From: Polynucleobacter sp. JS-JIR-5-A7
GTDB taxonomy: Bacteria; Pseudomonadota; Gammaproteobacteria; Burkholderiales; Burkholderiaceae
Direction of reading: 5' to 3'
Assembly (NCBI RefSeq): GCF_018687935.1
Contig: NZ_CP061308.1
Location: 2,115,031-2,147,030, forward strand
DNA: 32,000 nt
Shown here piece after piece: positions 23,666-31,860 of this stretch (position 1 is its first letter; every line of letters starts with the position of its first letter). Position numbers and translations under genes: made by a program. The notes beneath the pieces are model-generated. The model was not told the DNA's origin. It did not search any database and saw only the letters and a list, made by a program, of their open reading frames with translations.

Positions 23666-24889
23666 TTAAACCGCTGTGACTTTAACAGTCTCAACAATAT
23701 TACGCATATAGCCAGCCGGCATCCAACTTGCGGTCATGGGCTGAACTTGGCCGGCATGATTAAATGCCCTAACCCTCAAGTCCAATGTCCCTTTTTGTTT
23801 TGGCGTAAATTCAATGCGCCACTCTCTAAATGAGAAACGACCCAGATCTTGGCCCAATCTTGCTTCTGTCCAATTTTGTCCATTGTCCTGAGAGAACAAA
23901 ACTTTCTTTATTCCATAGCCAGCATCAAAGGCAATGCCTCGAGCTTGAACGGGCTTACCAACAGTAACAACACTATTGTCTGTGAAGTTCGTAATGAAAG
24001 AGCGAATCGTAAATTGATTAATTGGAATCGTTTTAGAAGGGGCAGTTCCTGGCGCAACACAGTTACAGTCATTATCAGGAATGCGATAAGCAGGATTCAT
24101 CCAATAGCCGTTGTATACATCATCAACCACTTTAATTTCACTAAGATGTTTTACCCAATAAGTGCCGTAATAGCCAGGCACAATTAACTTGATTGGATAA
24201 CCATTTAAGAAAGGAATATCTGTTCCATTCATTTGATAGGCAACCATGACATTGCCATCCATGGCGTGATCAATATCTAAGCCTTTTACGAAATCTGAAT
24301 CACTTGGCAATACTGGCTGATCTAAGCCATCAAAGGTCACTTGCTTGGCGCCGCGACCAGGATTGGCCGCCTTCAAAATATCCTTTAAGGCAACGCCAAC
24401 CCAAGCGGCATTACCCATCGCACCATTACCAAGTTGACCACCATTCACTCTAGGTTCAAACAAGCCACGACTGTTACCAGAGCATTGATTAACAGCAACA
24501 ATGCGTTGAGATGGAAAGTTTTTCTTTAAAGACTCTAGGGAGATCTCCAAAGGCTTTTCTACATTGCCGCCAACTTTTAATCTATAAGTATTAGGGTCAA
24601 TGGATGTTGGAATCCCGGCCATGTGATAACGCACAAAGAATTCATCGTTTGGCGTAATGACATGATTGTCGTAATACTTAAATGGGGTTTCTAATTGCGG
24701 CGGCCTAGAAGTCAATACAATCATGGGCTTCTTTTCAGGAAAGACCATGAGTTCGCGCTCACCATAGGCTATCGGTAAATTTATTTTCTCTGCTCCCATT
24801 GCCCAGGATGGCAATAATGAACTGGCTCCACCAGCCAAGGCCGCTGTAATGACTTTACGTCTATTGGTAAAGTTTTCTGAATTCATCAA
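23666..24889 (-). CDS. sorA: molybdopterin-dependent sulfite dehydrogenase catalytic subunit, SorA-like
   Basis: Twin-arginine signal NRRKVITAALAGGAS. Mo-ligand Cys context VNQCSGNSRG. Sulfite-oxidase-family size (407 aa), followed by the cytochrome c gene. Confidence 0.85.
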   Translation of the reverse strand: MMNSENFTNRRKVITAALAGGASSLLPSWAMGAEKINLPIAYGERELMVFPEKKPMIVLTSRPPQLETPFKYYDNHVITPNDEFFVRYHMAGIPTSIDPNTYRLKVGGNVEKPLEISLESLKKNFPSQRIVAVNQCSGNSRGLFEPRVNGGQLGNGAMGNAAWVGVALKDILKAANPGRGAKQVTFDGLDQPVLPSDSDFVKGLDIDHAMDGNVMVAYQMNGTDIPFLNGYPIKLIVPGYYGTYWVKHLSEIKVVDDVYNGYWMNPAYRIPDNDCNCVAPGTAPSKTIPINQFTIRSFITNFTDNSVVTVGKPVQARGIAFDAGYGIKKVLFSQDNGQNWTEARLGQDLGRFSFREWRIEFTPKQKGTLDLRVRAFNHAGQVQPMTASWMPAGYMRNIVETVKVTAV

Positions 24890-25003
24890 TGTCTCCTCCG
24901 CCCATAGCTATCTGGGCATCATGTTGATCTGGATCAATATAGCCCATAAATATAGAGCGTACGGGTAGGAGATACCCGCATAGACAGTGCCTTTATCACC
25001 AGC

Positions 25004-25075
25004 GTCGCTTAAATCGACACTTGACTGGCACAGGGATGAATCATCCCCCCCACACAACTGTCCTTTTAAAGGACA
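25004..25075. repeat. bipartite repeat, copy 3 (diverged): GTCGCTTAAATCGAC + linker acttgactggcacagggatgaatcat... + P-box copy 10 (25060-25074)
   Basis: The linker shares gactg.c.cagggatgaat with copies 1 and 2. The P-box is an exact 15-mer with flanks aacTGTCC...GGACAgct. Confidence 0.8.
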
Positions 25076-25158
25076 GCTCTTGATAGAGATATCCCAAACT
25101 AATGGCACCTAACCCTACCAACCCAAAAGAAAATAGCCCAACAAGTGGGCTATTGAGA

Positions 25159-25186
25159 TTCTTGGTGGCCCGGGGCGGAATCGAAC
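25159..25186 (-). repeat. 28-nt direct repeat of the tRNA-Phe 3' end and flank (att-like site)
   Basis: ttcttggtggcccggggcggaatcgaac is identical to 25833-25860. It is preceded by its own 9-bp-stem hairpin (aatagccca...tgggctatt) with a T-rich tail on the minus strand. Confidence 0.75.
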
Positions 25187-25220
25187 AGGGGCCTCAGGAA
25201 ATTCTCATCCTACCCCTAGA

Positions 25221-25439
25221 CTACTTCCAGCTAAGGTTCAATTTCTTATGCGAAGCGGCACAATCTCTCAAATAGAGATTAATGAGGCTTTGATAAGGAA
25301 TTCCAACTTCTTCTGATACAGATTTGAAGTAACTCACTGAATCCTCATCCAATCTAATCGTAATGGGCTTCTTGAGCATAGAAGCATATGGATTTTTACG
25401 AGCTTTTGAGAAATCATATTCTTTACGCATTTTCATCAC
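25221..25439 (-). CDS. brnA: BrnA-family antitoxin
   Basis: 72 aa. KEYDFSKARKNPYA...ITIRLDEDSVSYFK...GIPYQSLINLYLRDCA is the typical BrnA/CopG-like pattern. Immediately follows brnT. Confidence 0.8.
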   Translation of the reverse strand: MMKMRKEYDFSKARKNPYASMLKKPITIRLDEDSVSYFKSVSEEVGIPYQSLINLYLRDCAASHKKLNLSWK

Positions 25440-25441
25440 CT

Positions 25442-25720
25442 TTAATAAGCTTTTGACTCTCTAGGGGTTGCCTTACGAGCCGAAATAATACGAACGACAT
25501 TACCCTCGCTTCGATAGCAATGGCAAACCAAAATCACACGAAGAGAATGGCTTACTCCCAGCAAGATAAATCTTTCTTCACCCTCCGAATGATCGGGATC
25601 GGAAATTAACTTAGCACTTTCATCATAGAACACAGATTTGGCCTCTTCAAAAGAGATGCCGTGTTTCTTTAGATTGGCTGAAGCTTTTCTAGGTTCCCAT
25701 TCAAATCGTAACGAAGTCAT
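25442..25720 (-). CDS. brnT: BrnT-family toxin (DUF497 ribonuclease)
   Basis: Start taken at [27 protein letters not shown] (ATG 25720). The track start at 25735 would place a palindromic operator inside the codons. Confidence 0.8.
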   Translation of the reverse strand: MTSLRFEWEPRKASANLKKHGISFEEAKSVFYDESAKLISDPDHSEGEERFILLGVSHSLRVILVCHCYRSEGNVVRIISARKATPRESKAY

Positions 25721-25738
25721 ATGTACATTGTACATATA
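25718..25738. promoter_or_regulatory. 21-bp near-perfect palindrome at the brnT start; candidate BrnTA autoregulatory operator
   Basis: catatgtaca-t-tgtacatata (9 of 10 arm positions pair) overlaps the ATG at 25720. Confidence 0.45.
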
Positions 25739-25803
25739 TCAGCTGGGATAATCAACCAGGGTTAAAAATCCTGAATCACGCAACCTTTCCGAAAGACCAA
25801 ATG

Positions 25804-25827
25804 AAAAAACCACCCGAAGGTGGTTTT
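25804..25827 (-). terminator. rho-independent terminator of tRNA-Phe
   Basis: On the minus strand, CCACC-ttcg-GGTGG is followed by TTTTTT, 10 nt after the tRNA 3' end. Confidence 0.75.
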
Positions 25828-25836
25828 GGTATTTCT

Positions 25837-25912
25837 TGGTGGCCCGGGGCGGAATCGAACCACCGACACAAGGATTTTCAATCCTCTGCTCTACCGACTG
25901 AGCTACCAGGCC
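25837..25912 (-). tRNA. tRNA-Phe (anticodon GAA), CCA encoded
   Basis: The reverse complement is GGCCTGGTAGCTCAGTCGGTAGAGCAGAGGATTGAAAATCCTTGTGTCGGTGGTTCGATTCCGCCCCGGGCCACCA. It folds as a cloverleaf: 7-bp acceptor stem, GCTC/GAGC D stem, GAGGA/TCCTT anticodon stem with loop TTGAAAA, and GGTGG/CCGCC T stem. Confidence 0.95.
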
Positions 25913-25969
25913 AAGAGTGAGAATTATAAATGAAAGTGTGTTTTAGCCTGAAAAATGGACTTGCTGGAC

Positions 25970-28174
25970 TTAACTAGCTGTAGTTAAAGCCTTGGAGCGG
26001 GCAGCATGTAATTTCCTATAGCTGTCGATCAAGCGGTGGTGCCGGTCAAGTCCCTCGAGTTTTGTACTCGTTTGGGTCAGACCGTAAAAACGCAGTGTGC
26101 CATCTACAGAACCCATTACCGCGTCCATCCGCTCATTGCCAAACATACGGCGGAAGTTGACTTCGTAGTCATCAAGCTGCAAATCATCATCTAGCAGAAT
26201 CTCTAGAACTGCATTTAAGGCCTGATAGAACAATTTGCGCTCGACTGTGTTGTCGTTGTATTGAAGGAAGGCGCCTACTAACTCATGTGCTTCATCAAAT
26301 TGCTTTAATGCAAGATGAATTAACAACTTCAACTCCAGAACTGTTAACTGGCCCCAAGTTGTATTTTCATCAAACTCAATGCCAATTAATGTTGCAATGT
26401 CGCCATACTCATCTAGCTCGTTATTTTCTAGACGCTCAAGTAATGCACCCAGTCTAGCGTTATCTAATGTGTGTAGATTCAAAATATCAGCGCGAAATAA
26501 CAAGGCGTTGTTCGTGTTATCCCAAACCAGATCTTCGATTGGATAAACCTCCGAATAACCTGGGACCAATATTCTGCAGGCTATCGCGCCTAGTTCGTCG
26601 TATACCGCAACGTAAGCCTCTTTATTCATATCCTTGAGGATGCCAAACAAGGCCGCAGCCTCCTCAGCATTAGAGCTCTCACCCCGCCCCGAGAAATCCC
26701 ATTCAACAAATTTGTAATCGGACTTTGCGCTGAAAAAACGCCATGACACTATGCCGCTAGAATCAATAAAGTGTTCAACAAAGTTATTGGGTTCGGTCAC
26801 CGCTTCGCTTGAAAAAGTGGGTGGGGGCAAATCATTAAGCCCCTCTAAGCTTCGACCCTGGAGTAATTCCGTTAAGCTTCGCTCCAATGCGATCTCTAAA
26901 CGCGGGTGCGCTCCGAAGGAAGCAAATACGCCCCCTGTTCGCGGATTCATTAAGGTCACGCACATCACTGGATAAACCCCGCCAAGTGAGGCATCCTTTA
27001 TCAACACTGGAAAGCCCTGCTCTTCTAATCCTCGAATCCCTTCCAGAATGCCGGGATACTTAGCCAGTACTTCCTGCGGCACATCGGGTAGAGCAATTTC
27101 ACCTTCTAGAATTTCACGTTTAACTGCACGCTCGAAAATCTCTGATAGGCACTGTACTTGGGCCTCAGCGAGGGTGTTGCCAGCACTCATGCCATTGCTG
27201 ACATAAAGATTTTCAATCAGGTTCGATGGAAAATAAATAGTCTTGCAATCAGATTGACGTACATAAGGTAACGAACAAATACCGCGCTCTACATTGCCTG
27301 AATTCGTATCAATTAAATGTGAACCACGCAACTCACCGTCAGGATTAAAAATTTCCAGGCAATATTCATCCAAAATTTCTGTTGGTAATGCATCATCGCC
27401 ACCCGGTTGAAACCAGCGCTCATTTGGATAATGCACAAATGCTCTATTAGCGATATCCTCGCCCCAGTATGCGCCAGCATAAAAATGGTTGTTGCTTAAT
27501 CGCTCGAGGTATTCTCCTAAAGCAGATGCTAAAGCGCTTTCTTTTGTTGATCCTTTCCCGTTGGTAAAACACATCGGCGAATGTGCATCGCGTATATGTA
27601 AGGACCACACGTTTGGAATAATGTTGCGCCATGAAGCAATTTCAATCTTGATTCCAAGGTTTGCTAACACACCAGACATATTGACAATGGTTTGCTCTAG
27701 GGGTAGATCCTTGCCGGCAATAAAAGTTTTTGCATCGGCAGCAGGCTTTAAAGTCAACAAGGTCTGCGCATCGGCATCCAAGTTTTTAACTTCTTCTATG
27801 ACAAACTCTGGACCGGCTTGCACCACTTTTTTTACAGTACATCTCTCAATGGAGCGTAAAATACCTTGGCGGTCATTGGCAGAAATATCTTCTGGTAACT
27901 CAACCTGGATCTTAAAAATCTGCTGATAGCGATTTTCAGGATCGACAATATTATTTTGTGAGAGACGAATATTTTCGGTAGAGATCTTTCGGGTGTCGCA
28001 GTACAGCTTCACAAAATAAGCAGCGCATAGGGCCGATGAAGCCAGAAAATAATCGAATGGTCCAGGAGCTGAACCATCACCCTTATACCTTATCGATTGA
28101 TCGGCAATCACGGTGAAGTCATCGAACTTAGCTTCAAGGCGAAACTTGTCGAGAAAGTTGACTTTAATTTCCAT
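25970..28174 (-). CDS. OsmC-domain / YcaO-domain fusion protein with a helical C-terminal extension (734 aa)
   Basis: The N-terminal roughly 140 aa are OsmC-like (GSAPGPFDYFLASSALCAAYF). The central region is YcaO-like (NGKGSTKESALASALGEYLERLS, NGMSAGNTLAEAQVQCLSEIFER, PRLEIALERSLTELLQ). Confidence 0.85.
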   Translation of the reverse strand: MEIKVNFLDKFRLEAKFDDFTVIADQSIRYKGDGSAPGPFDYFLASSALCAAYFVKLYCDTRKISTENIRLSQNNIVDPENRYQQIFKIQVELPEDISANDRQGILRSIERCTVKKVVQAGPEFVIEEVKNLDADAQTLLTLKPAADAKTFIAGKDLPLEQTIVNMSGVLANLGIKIEIASWRNIIPNVWSLHIRDAHSPMCFTNGKGSTKESALASALGEYLERLSNNHFYAGAYWGEDIANRAFVHYPNERWFQPGGDDALPTEILDEYCLEIFNPDGELRGSHLIDTNSGNVERGICSLPYVRQSDCKTIYFPSNLIENLYVSNGMSAGNTLAEAQVQCLSEIFERAVKREILEGEIALPDVPQEVLAKYPGILEGIRGLEEQGFPVLIKDASLGGVYPVMCVTLMNPRTGGVFASFGAHPRLEIALERSLTELLQGRSLEGLNDLPPPTFSSEAVTEPNNFVEHFIDSSGIVSWRFFSAKSDYKFVEWDFSGRGESSNAEEAAALFGILKDMNKEAYVAVYDELGAIACRILVPGYSEVYPIEDLVWDNTNNALLFRADILNLHTLDNARLGALLERLENNELDEYGDIATLIGIEFDENTTWGQLTVLELKLLIHLALKQFDEAHELVGAFLQYNDNTVERKLFYQALNAVLEILLDDDLQLDDYEVNFRRMFGNERMDAVMGSVDGTLRFYGLTQTSTKLEGLDRHHRLIDSYRKLHAARSKALTTAS

Positions 28175-28283
28175 AGGAATGATTCCAAATAAGATATATC
28201 ACTGGGGTGAGCACGGCCTTAGCTTTAAAACAAACGCACATGCAAAAATATTTACCAAGTGCTTGCGGCAAATATTGTCAGGC

Positions 28284-28967
28284 CTATTGCTCGCCCTTAT
28301 TGCGTGATGTATCAATTCCTAAAGCTTTGAGCTTACGATATAAGTGCGTTCTCTCTAGTCCAGTGTATTCAGAGATCTTTGTCATGCTGCCACCCATAAT
28401 TTGCATTTGATGCTCAAAATAGGCCTTTTCAAAAAGATCTCTGGCTTCTCGTAGGGGTAGATCAAAATACGTTTTGGCGATTCCACTGATGAACTCGCCT
28501 TCGGCAGGCGCTGGAGCAGGCTCAGTAGCAAGCGACTTTGGGGAAGCGCCTGCAGATAGGCTGGACTGAACTACTCTCTCTTCTGCTGGCTCTATATATT
28601 TTGGTGAATTCTCTAGGGCTTTGCTGACGGTCTTCAGAAGTTTTTGTAAAGCAATTGGCTTTTCTAAAAAATTCAGTGCGCCAATGCGTGTGGCTTCAAC
28701 TGCCGTATCTATTGTGGCATGACCAGACATCATGACTACTGGCATGGTTAGCTGCCCAGTCTTTGACCACTCTTTTAATAAAGTAATACCGTCAGTATCT
28801 GGCATCCAAATGTCTAACAGCACCAGATCAGGACGCATTTGTTCACGAATAGTGCGCGCCTGAATAGCGCTCTCTGCAGCATAAACAGTATGGCCTTCAT
28901 CTGTCAGAATCTCATTGAGAAGCTCACGAATGCCCATCTCATCATCCACGACCAAAATGCTCGCCAT
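28284..28967 (-). CDS. ntrX: NtrX-like response regulator: receiver + Fis-type HTH, without a central AAA+ domain
   Basis: Receiver blocks ILVVDDEMGIRELL and LLDIWMPDTDG. C-terminal HTH GGSMTKISEYTGLERTHLYRKLKALGI. At 227 aa there is no room for a sigma-54 ATPase module. Confidence 0.8.
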   Translation of the reverse strand: MASILVVDDEMGIRELLNEILTDEGHTVYAAESAIQARTIREQMRPDLVLLDIWMPDTDGITLLKEWSKTGQLTMPVVMMSGHATIDTAVEATRIGALNFLEKPIALQKLLKTVSKALENSPKYIEPAEERVVQSSLSAGASPKSLATEPAPAPAEGEFISGIAKTYFDLPLREARDLFEKAYFEHQMQIMGGSMTKISEYTGLERTHLYRKLKALGIDTSRNKGEQ

Positions 28968-28969
28968 GC

Positions 28970-31282
28970 TTAGGCCGCCTCTTTTGCTAAGTTCATAAAC
29001 AAAATAGATACTTGTGCACCGACCACTTCTTCTCCTCGCATACGATTTCGTATTTCTATTTTGGCACCGTGGTCGTCAATAATTTTTTTAACGACCGCCA
29101 AGCCTAATCCCGTGCCTTTACTCTTAGTTGTTACGTAAGGCTCAAATGCTCTTGCCAATATCTTAGCTGGAAATCCAACTCCACAATCACTTATTGTTAA
29201 TCGCACTGCATTTTGAGTGGCCCCATCTTGCTCACCATAAGCCACCAACTCTGTTTTTACCTCGACTGGTTCAGCCTGATGACTGCCCTCCAGCGTAGCG
29301 TCTTGAGCGTTTTGGAGCAGATTATGAATAACTTGTCTCAGCTGAGTTGAGTCTCCCAAGATATTTGGGCAGCGTGGATCGAGCTGGGTTCGCAAGGGAC
29401 TGCCCTCGTATAAACCGAGTATTTCCGTGGTGAGCGTATTAATGGAGACGGGCTTTAGTTGTGGTGTGGGGGTCTTTGCGAAATCCCTAAAGTCATTCAC
29501 CATTTCTTTCATGGCTTGAACCTGTCCAATGATGGTCTCGGTGCTGCGATTGATCATGTCCTCTTGCTCGGGACTGAGCTTACCCGCAAGTTTGTGTTGT
29601 AAGCGCTCAGCAGAGAGCTGAATTGGGGTCAGTGGATTTTTAATTTCGTGGGCAAGGCGTCTTGCAACTTCACTCCAAGCAATGGATCTTTGTGCACTAA
29701 TGACATCAGTAATATCATCAAAGACCACCATGCGCAGATCCGTCGTCAGCTGTGTGCCACGTACAAAAAGGGTTACACCTAACTCATTATCAAATTCATT
29801 AGCAGTATGAAGCTGAACTTGTTTTTGCCAGATAGGCGCCGCCTGTTGGGCTGATTCGGCTGCAGAATCAGACGCATCATTAGAAACGGCAAGCTTCAAG
29901 CTTGCGAAGCCTTCTTTAATGGCTTCTTCAAACTCCAAAAGCGCAGGATTACTACTCAGGGGTTTGCCGTCCAAAAGGGTTAAATCTTGTGCAAAGATGC
30001 GGTCTGCGCCAGCGTTGCTAGACACTACGTTATAGCTTTTATCAAAGATACACACCCCTGCAGTGAGGCTTCCCAAAACCTTTTCTAAAAAGGCCTTGGA
30101 TTCTTGCAAAGATGTGCGCGCGTCGGCCAACTGCCTGGTCATCACATTAAATTGCCGTGTCAGCATGCCAAGCTCATCGCCCGTATCGAGCTCTGGCTTG
30201 GGCGACAAATCGCCTTGGGCAACTGCCTGAGTTCCTTTGAGCAACATCAGCAATGGTTTGGCAAGTTGACGGCCTAATACTAAGGCCAAAATCACCGCGA
30301 CAAATAATGCAAAAAAGAGTGTCAGTGTGAGAGTGCCAACAAACATCTTGCGCAAACCGGTGCGGCCCAAAGACTTCTCTTGATAATCAGTATAGGCAGA
30401 TTCAACCGCATCAATATTCTTAGATAGTGGGCCGGGAATGAAACGTACCAACTGAAGAAAGTATTTATCGTCTGGCTCTTTGTTGGAATCAAGCTTACTT
30501 TGGCCCGTCTTCTTGCGCACAATTGGCACAACCGCTCTTACACGATAACCGTGCTGACCATCTTCCATTTCAATTTGATCTATGAAGGTCAGACCCTTCT
30601 TTTTAAATGCCTCCGCAATGACATCTGCGCTAGGGGGGGGGAGATACTTTTTGGGCCTTACCTCACTAGTAAAGATCAAATTGCGTTGAATGCTAAAAAG
30701 ACTAAGCTCTTGAATACCAAATTGATTACGAATCTTCATTGCCATGGCCGCAACCTGCTCAGTACTTGAGCCAGCAGGAACTAGTACAACTTGTTCGGCA
30801 ATATAATTTCCTTCGGACAAAATTTCTTCTTGAGCAACCCTTAAGGTAACGCGCCCTAGTTCCAAGCCTGAGTTAAGCGCGGATTCGACTTGGACGTCAA
30901 ACCAAGTTTCAATGCTTCGGGAAACGAACTGAAGAGAAACCCCATACAAAATTAATCCTGGCACCACCCCCACCAGTGCAAAAATCATTGCCAGTTTGGC
31001 AATCAAACGTGTGCCAAAGTGACCGCGACGCCAACGCACGGCAATCAAGATAGCTAAAGTCAAAATGACGAGCGTTAAGCAAACGCCAATGACCAGGTTT
31101 GCTGCATAAAGCCAAATAAAGTAACGGTCAAAGAATTCGGTGTTGGAGGAAGCAATCGATAACAAAGCCAATAGCAATAATGCCAATGCTCCAATCAAGC
31201 CTATTGCAGCTGGCAGTATTTTTTTCCGCCAGACCTTGGATTCAAAGAAGCTGGGCTTAGCCGATGTTATAGCTTGTCTCAT
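28970..31282 (-). CDS. ntrY: NtrY-like sensor histidine kinase (TM-HAMP-PAS-HisKA-HATPase)
   Basis: N-terminal transmembrane helices. H-box RRLAHEIKNPLTPIQLSAERL. N box and G boxes NLLQNAQDA, DCGVGF and GTGLGLAVV. Confidence 0.85.
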   Translation of the reverse strand: MRQAITSAKPSFFESKVWRKKILPAAIGLIGALALLLLALLSIASSNTEFFDRYFIWLYAANLVIGVCLTLVILTLAILIAVRWRRGHFGTRLIAKLAMIFALVGVVPGLILYGVSLQFVSRSIETWFDVQVESALNSGLELGRVTLRVAQEEILSEGNYIAEQVVLVPAGSSTEQVAAMAMKIRNQFGIQELSLFSIQRNLIFTSEVRPKKYLPPPSADVIAEAFKKKGLTFIDQIEMEDGQHGYRVRAVVPIVRKKTGQSKLDSNKEPDDKYFLQLVRFIPGPLSKNIDAVESAYTDYQEKSLGRTGLRKMFVGTLTLTLFFALFVAVILALVLGRQLAKPLLMLLKGTQAVAQGDLSPKPELDTGDELGMLTRQFNVMTRQLADARTSLQESKAFLEKVLGSLTAGVCIFDKSYNVVSSNAGADRIFAQDLTLLDGKPLSSNPALLEFEEAIKEGFASLKLAVSNDASDSAAESAQQAAPIWQKQVQLHTANEFDNELGVTLFVRGTQLTTDLRMVVFDDITDVISAQRSIAWSEVARRLAHEIKNPLTPIQLSAERLQHKLAGKLSPEQEDMINRSTETIIGQVQAMKEMVNDFRDFAKTPTPQLKPVSINTLTTEILGLYEGSPLRTQLDPRCPNILGDSTQLRQVIHNLLQNAQDATLEGSHQAEPVEVKTELVAYGEQDGATQNAVRLTISDCGVGFPAKILARAFEPYVTTKSKGTGLGLAVVKKIIDDHGAKIEIRNRMRGEEVVGAQVSILFMNLAKEAA

Positions 31283-31860
31283 CGCTTAATTAGATTTGAT
31301 CCGCCGGTAGAAAAAGGCATGCGGAACCAATCACTAGAGACATTCCACTCTCTACTGTTCAGAGCATTTACCTGAAATGGTTTGGGTAGCTTGCTTAAAT
31401 CCAAGGCCATGTGCAAGCTTGCGGTGTATGCTTTACTGGGGTCAAGCTGGCTGTTATCAATCACACGCCAACCACCAATACTGCCAACCGCTTGCAAGGC
31501 TTCAGAAATCGTTTTAGCAGAAAAACTAAAACCTTCGGAGGCAATACGATATTGCTGAGTCAAGGGCTGATAAGACAAGCGCGCTTGTCTTTGAGCAGAG
31601 ATTGGTTTTTCATCAAACCAATACCAGCGCGAGCGCGTCAACTCAAAGTCTGTCTGAAAATAAAGCACAACACCTTTTTGTACAGCATCTTCCAAGCCCG
31701 GCGACAACTCAATTTGGAAGGTGGCATTTAGTAGCCAATCGTTATCGACCTTCTCTAGCTCAAAGGATTTGATTTTGATGCCCTCGGCATTAACGGCCGT
31801 TGAAAAAATACTCAAGGCCATCAAACCCAAAAAGATGAATTGCTTAATTCTTCGGCTCAT
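31279..31860 (-). CDS. DUF4390-like periplasmic protein
   Basis: 193 aa with a signal peptide. Sits between rsmB and ntrY with ATGA overlaps at both ends, a position I recall DUF4390 proteins occupying in Burkholderiales. Confidence 0.6.
   Translation of the reverse strand: MSRRIKQFIFLGLMALSIFSTAVNAEGIKIKSFELEKVDNDWLLNATFQIELSPGLEDAVQKGVVLYFQTDFELTRSRWYWFDEKPISAQRQARLSYQPLTQQYRIASEGFSFSAKTISEALQAVGSIGGWRVIDNSQLDPSKAYTASLHMALDLSKLPKPFQVNALNSREWNVSSDWFRMPFSTGGSNLIKR

Larger units (their letters stand above)
25159..25836 (-). mobile_element. minimal islet carrying only brnTA, between the intact tRNA-Phe and the first 3'-end repeat
   Basis: It is bounded by the 28-nt repeat at 25159 and the tRNA 3' end at 25837. 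There is no integrase inside. Confidence 0.5.

Noticed and set aside
18876-24187. Antisense or nested shadow ORFs 18876-19148, 20622-20843, 21516-21743, 22051-22257, 23227-23442 and 23849-24187
   Set aside because: Each overlaps a better-supported minus-strand gene or a repeat-containing spacer. None has a convincing start context.
6735-25074. Whether the repeated palindromes could be a CRISPR array or integron attC sites
   Set aside because: Spacing between copies is irregular and on the kilobase scale, with whole genes between them. There are no cas genes, no intI-type integrase, and no RYYYAAC/GTTRRRY core pairs. Repeat length and layout do not fit either system.
6735-25074. Palindromes as ordinary rho-independent terminators
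   Set aside because: A 7-bp arm around a single central base leaves at best a 6-bp AT-rich stem with a 3-nt loop, and most copies lack a following T-run. Clear GC-rich terminators exist separately, for example at 15215-15244 and 16651-16677. Weak or bidirectional pausing cannot be excluded, so this remains an alternative in the findings.
24908-25108. 66-aa ORF between sorA and the att repeat
   Set aside because: It spans bipartite repeat copy 3, including the C7 tract and P-box. Its translation is dominated by repeat-derived sequence.
26751-31731. Shadow ORFs inside ycaO, ntrY and the DUF4390 gene (26751-26975, 27447-27632, 27489-27926, 30322-30531, 30500-30769, 30909-31115, 31411-31731)
   Set aside because: They overlap long, motif-supported minus-strand genes, antisense or in other frames, as expected for shadow ORFs.
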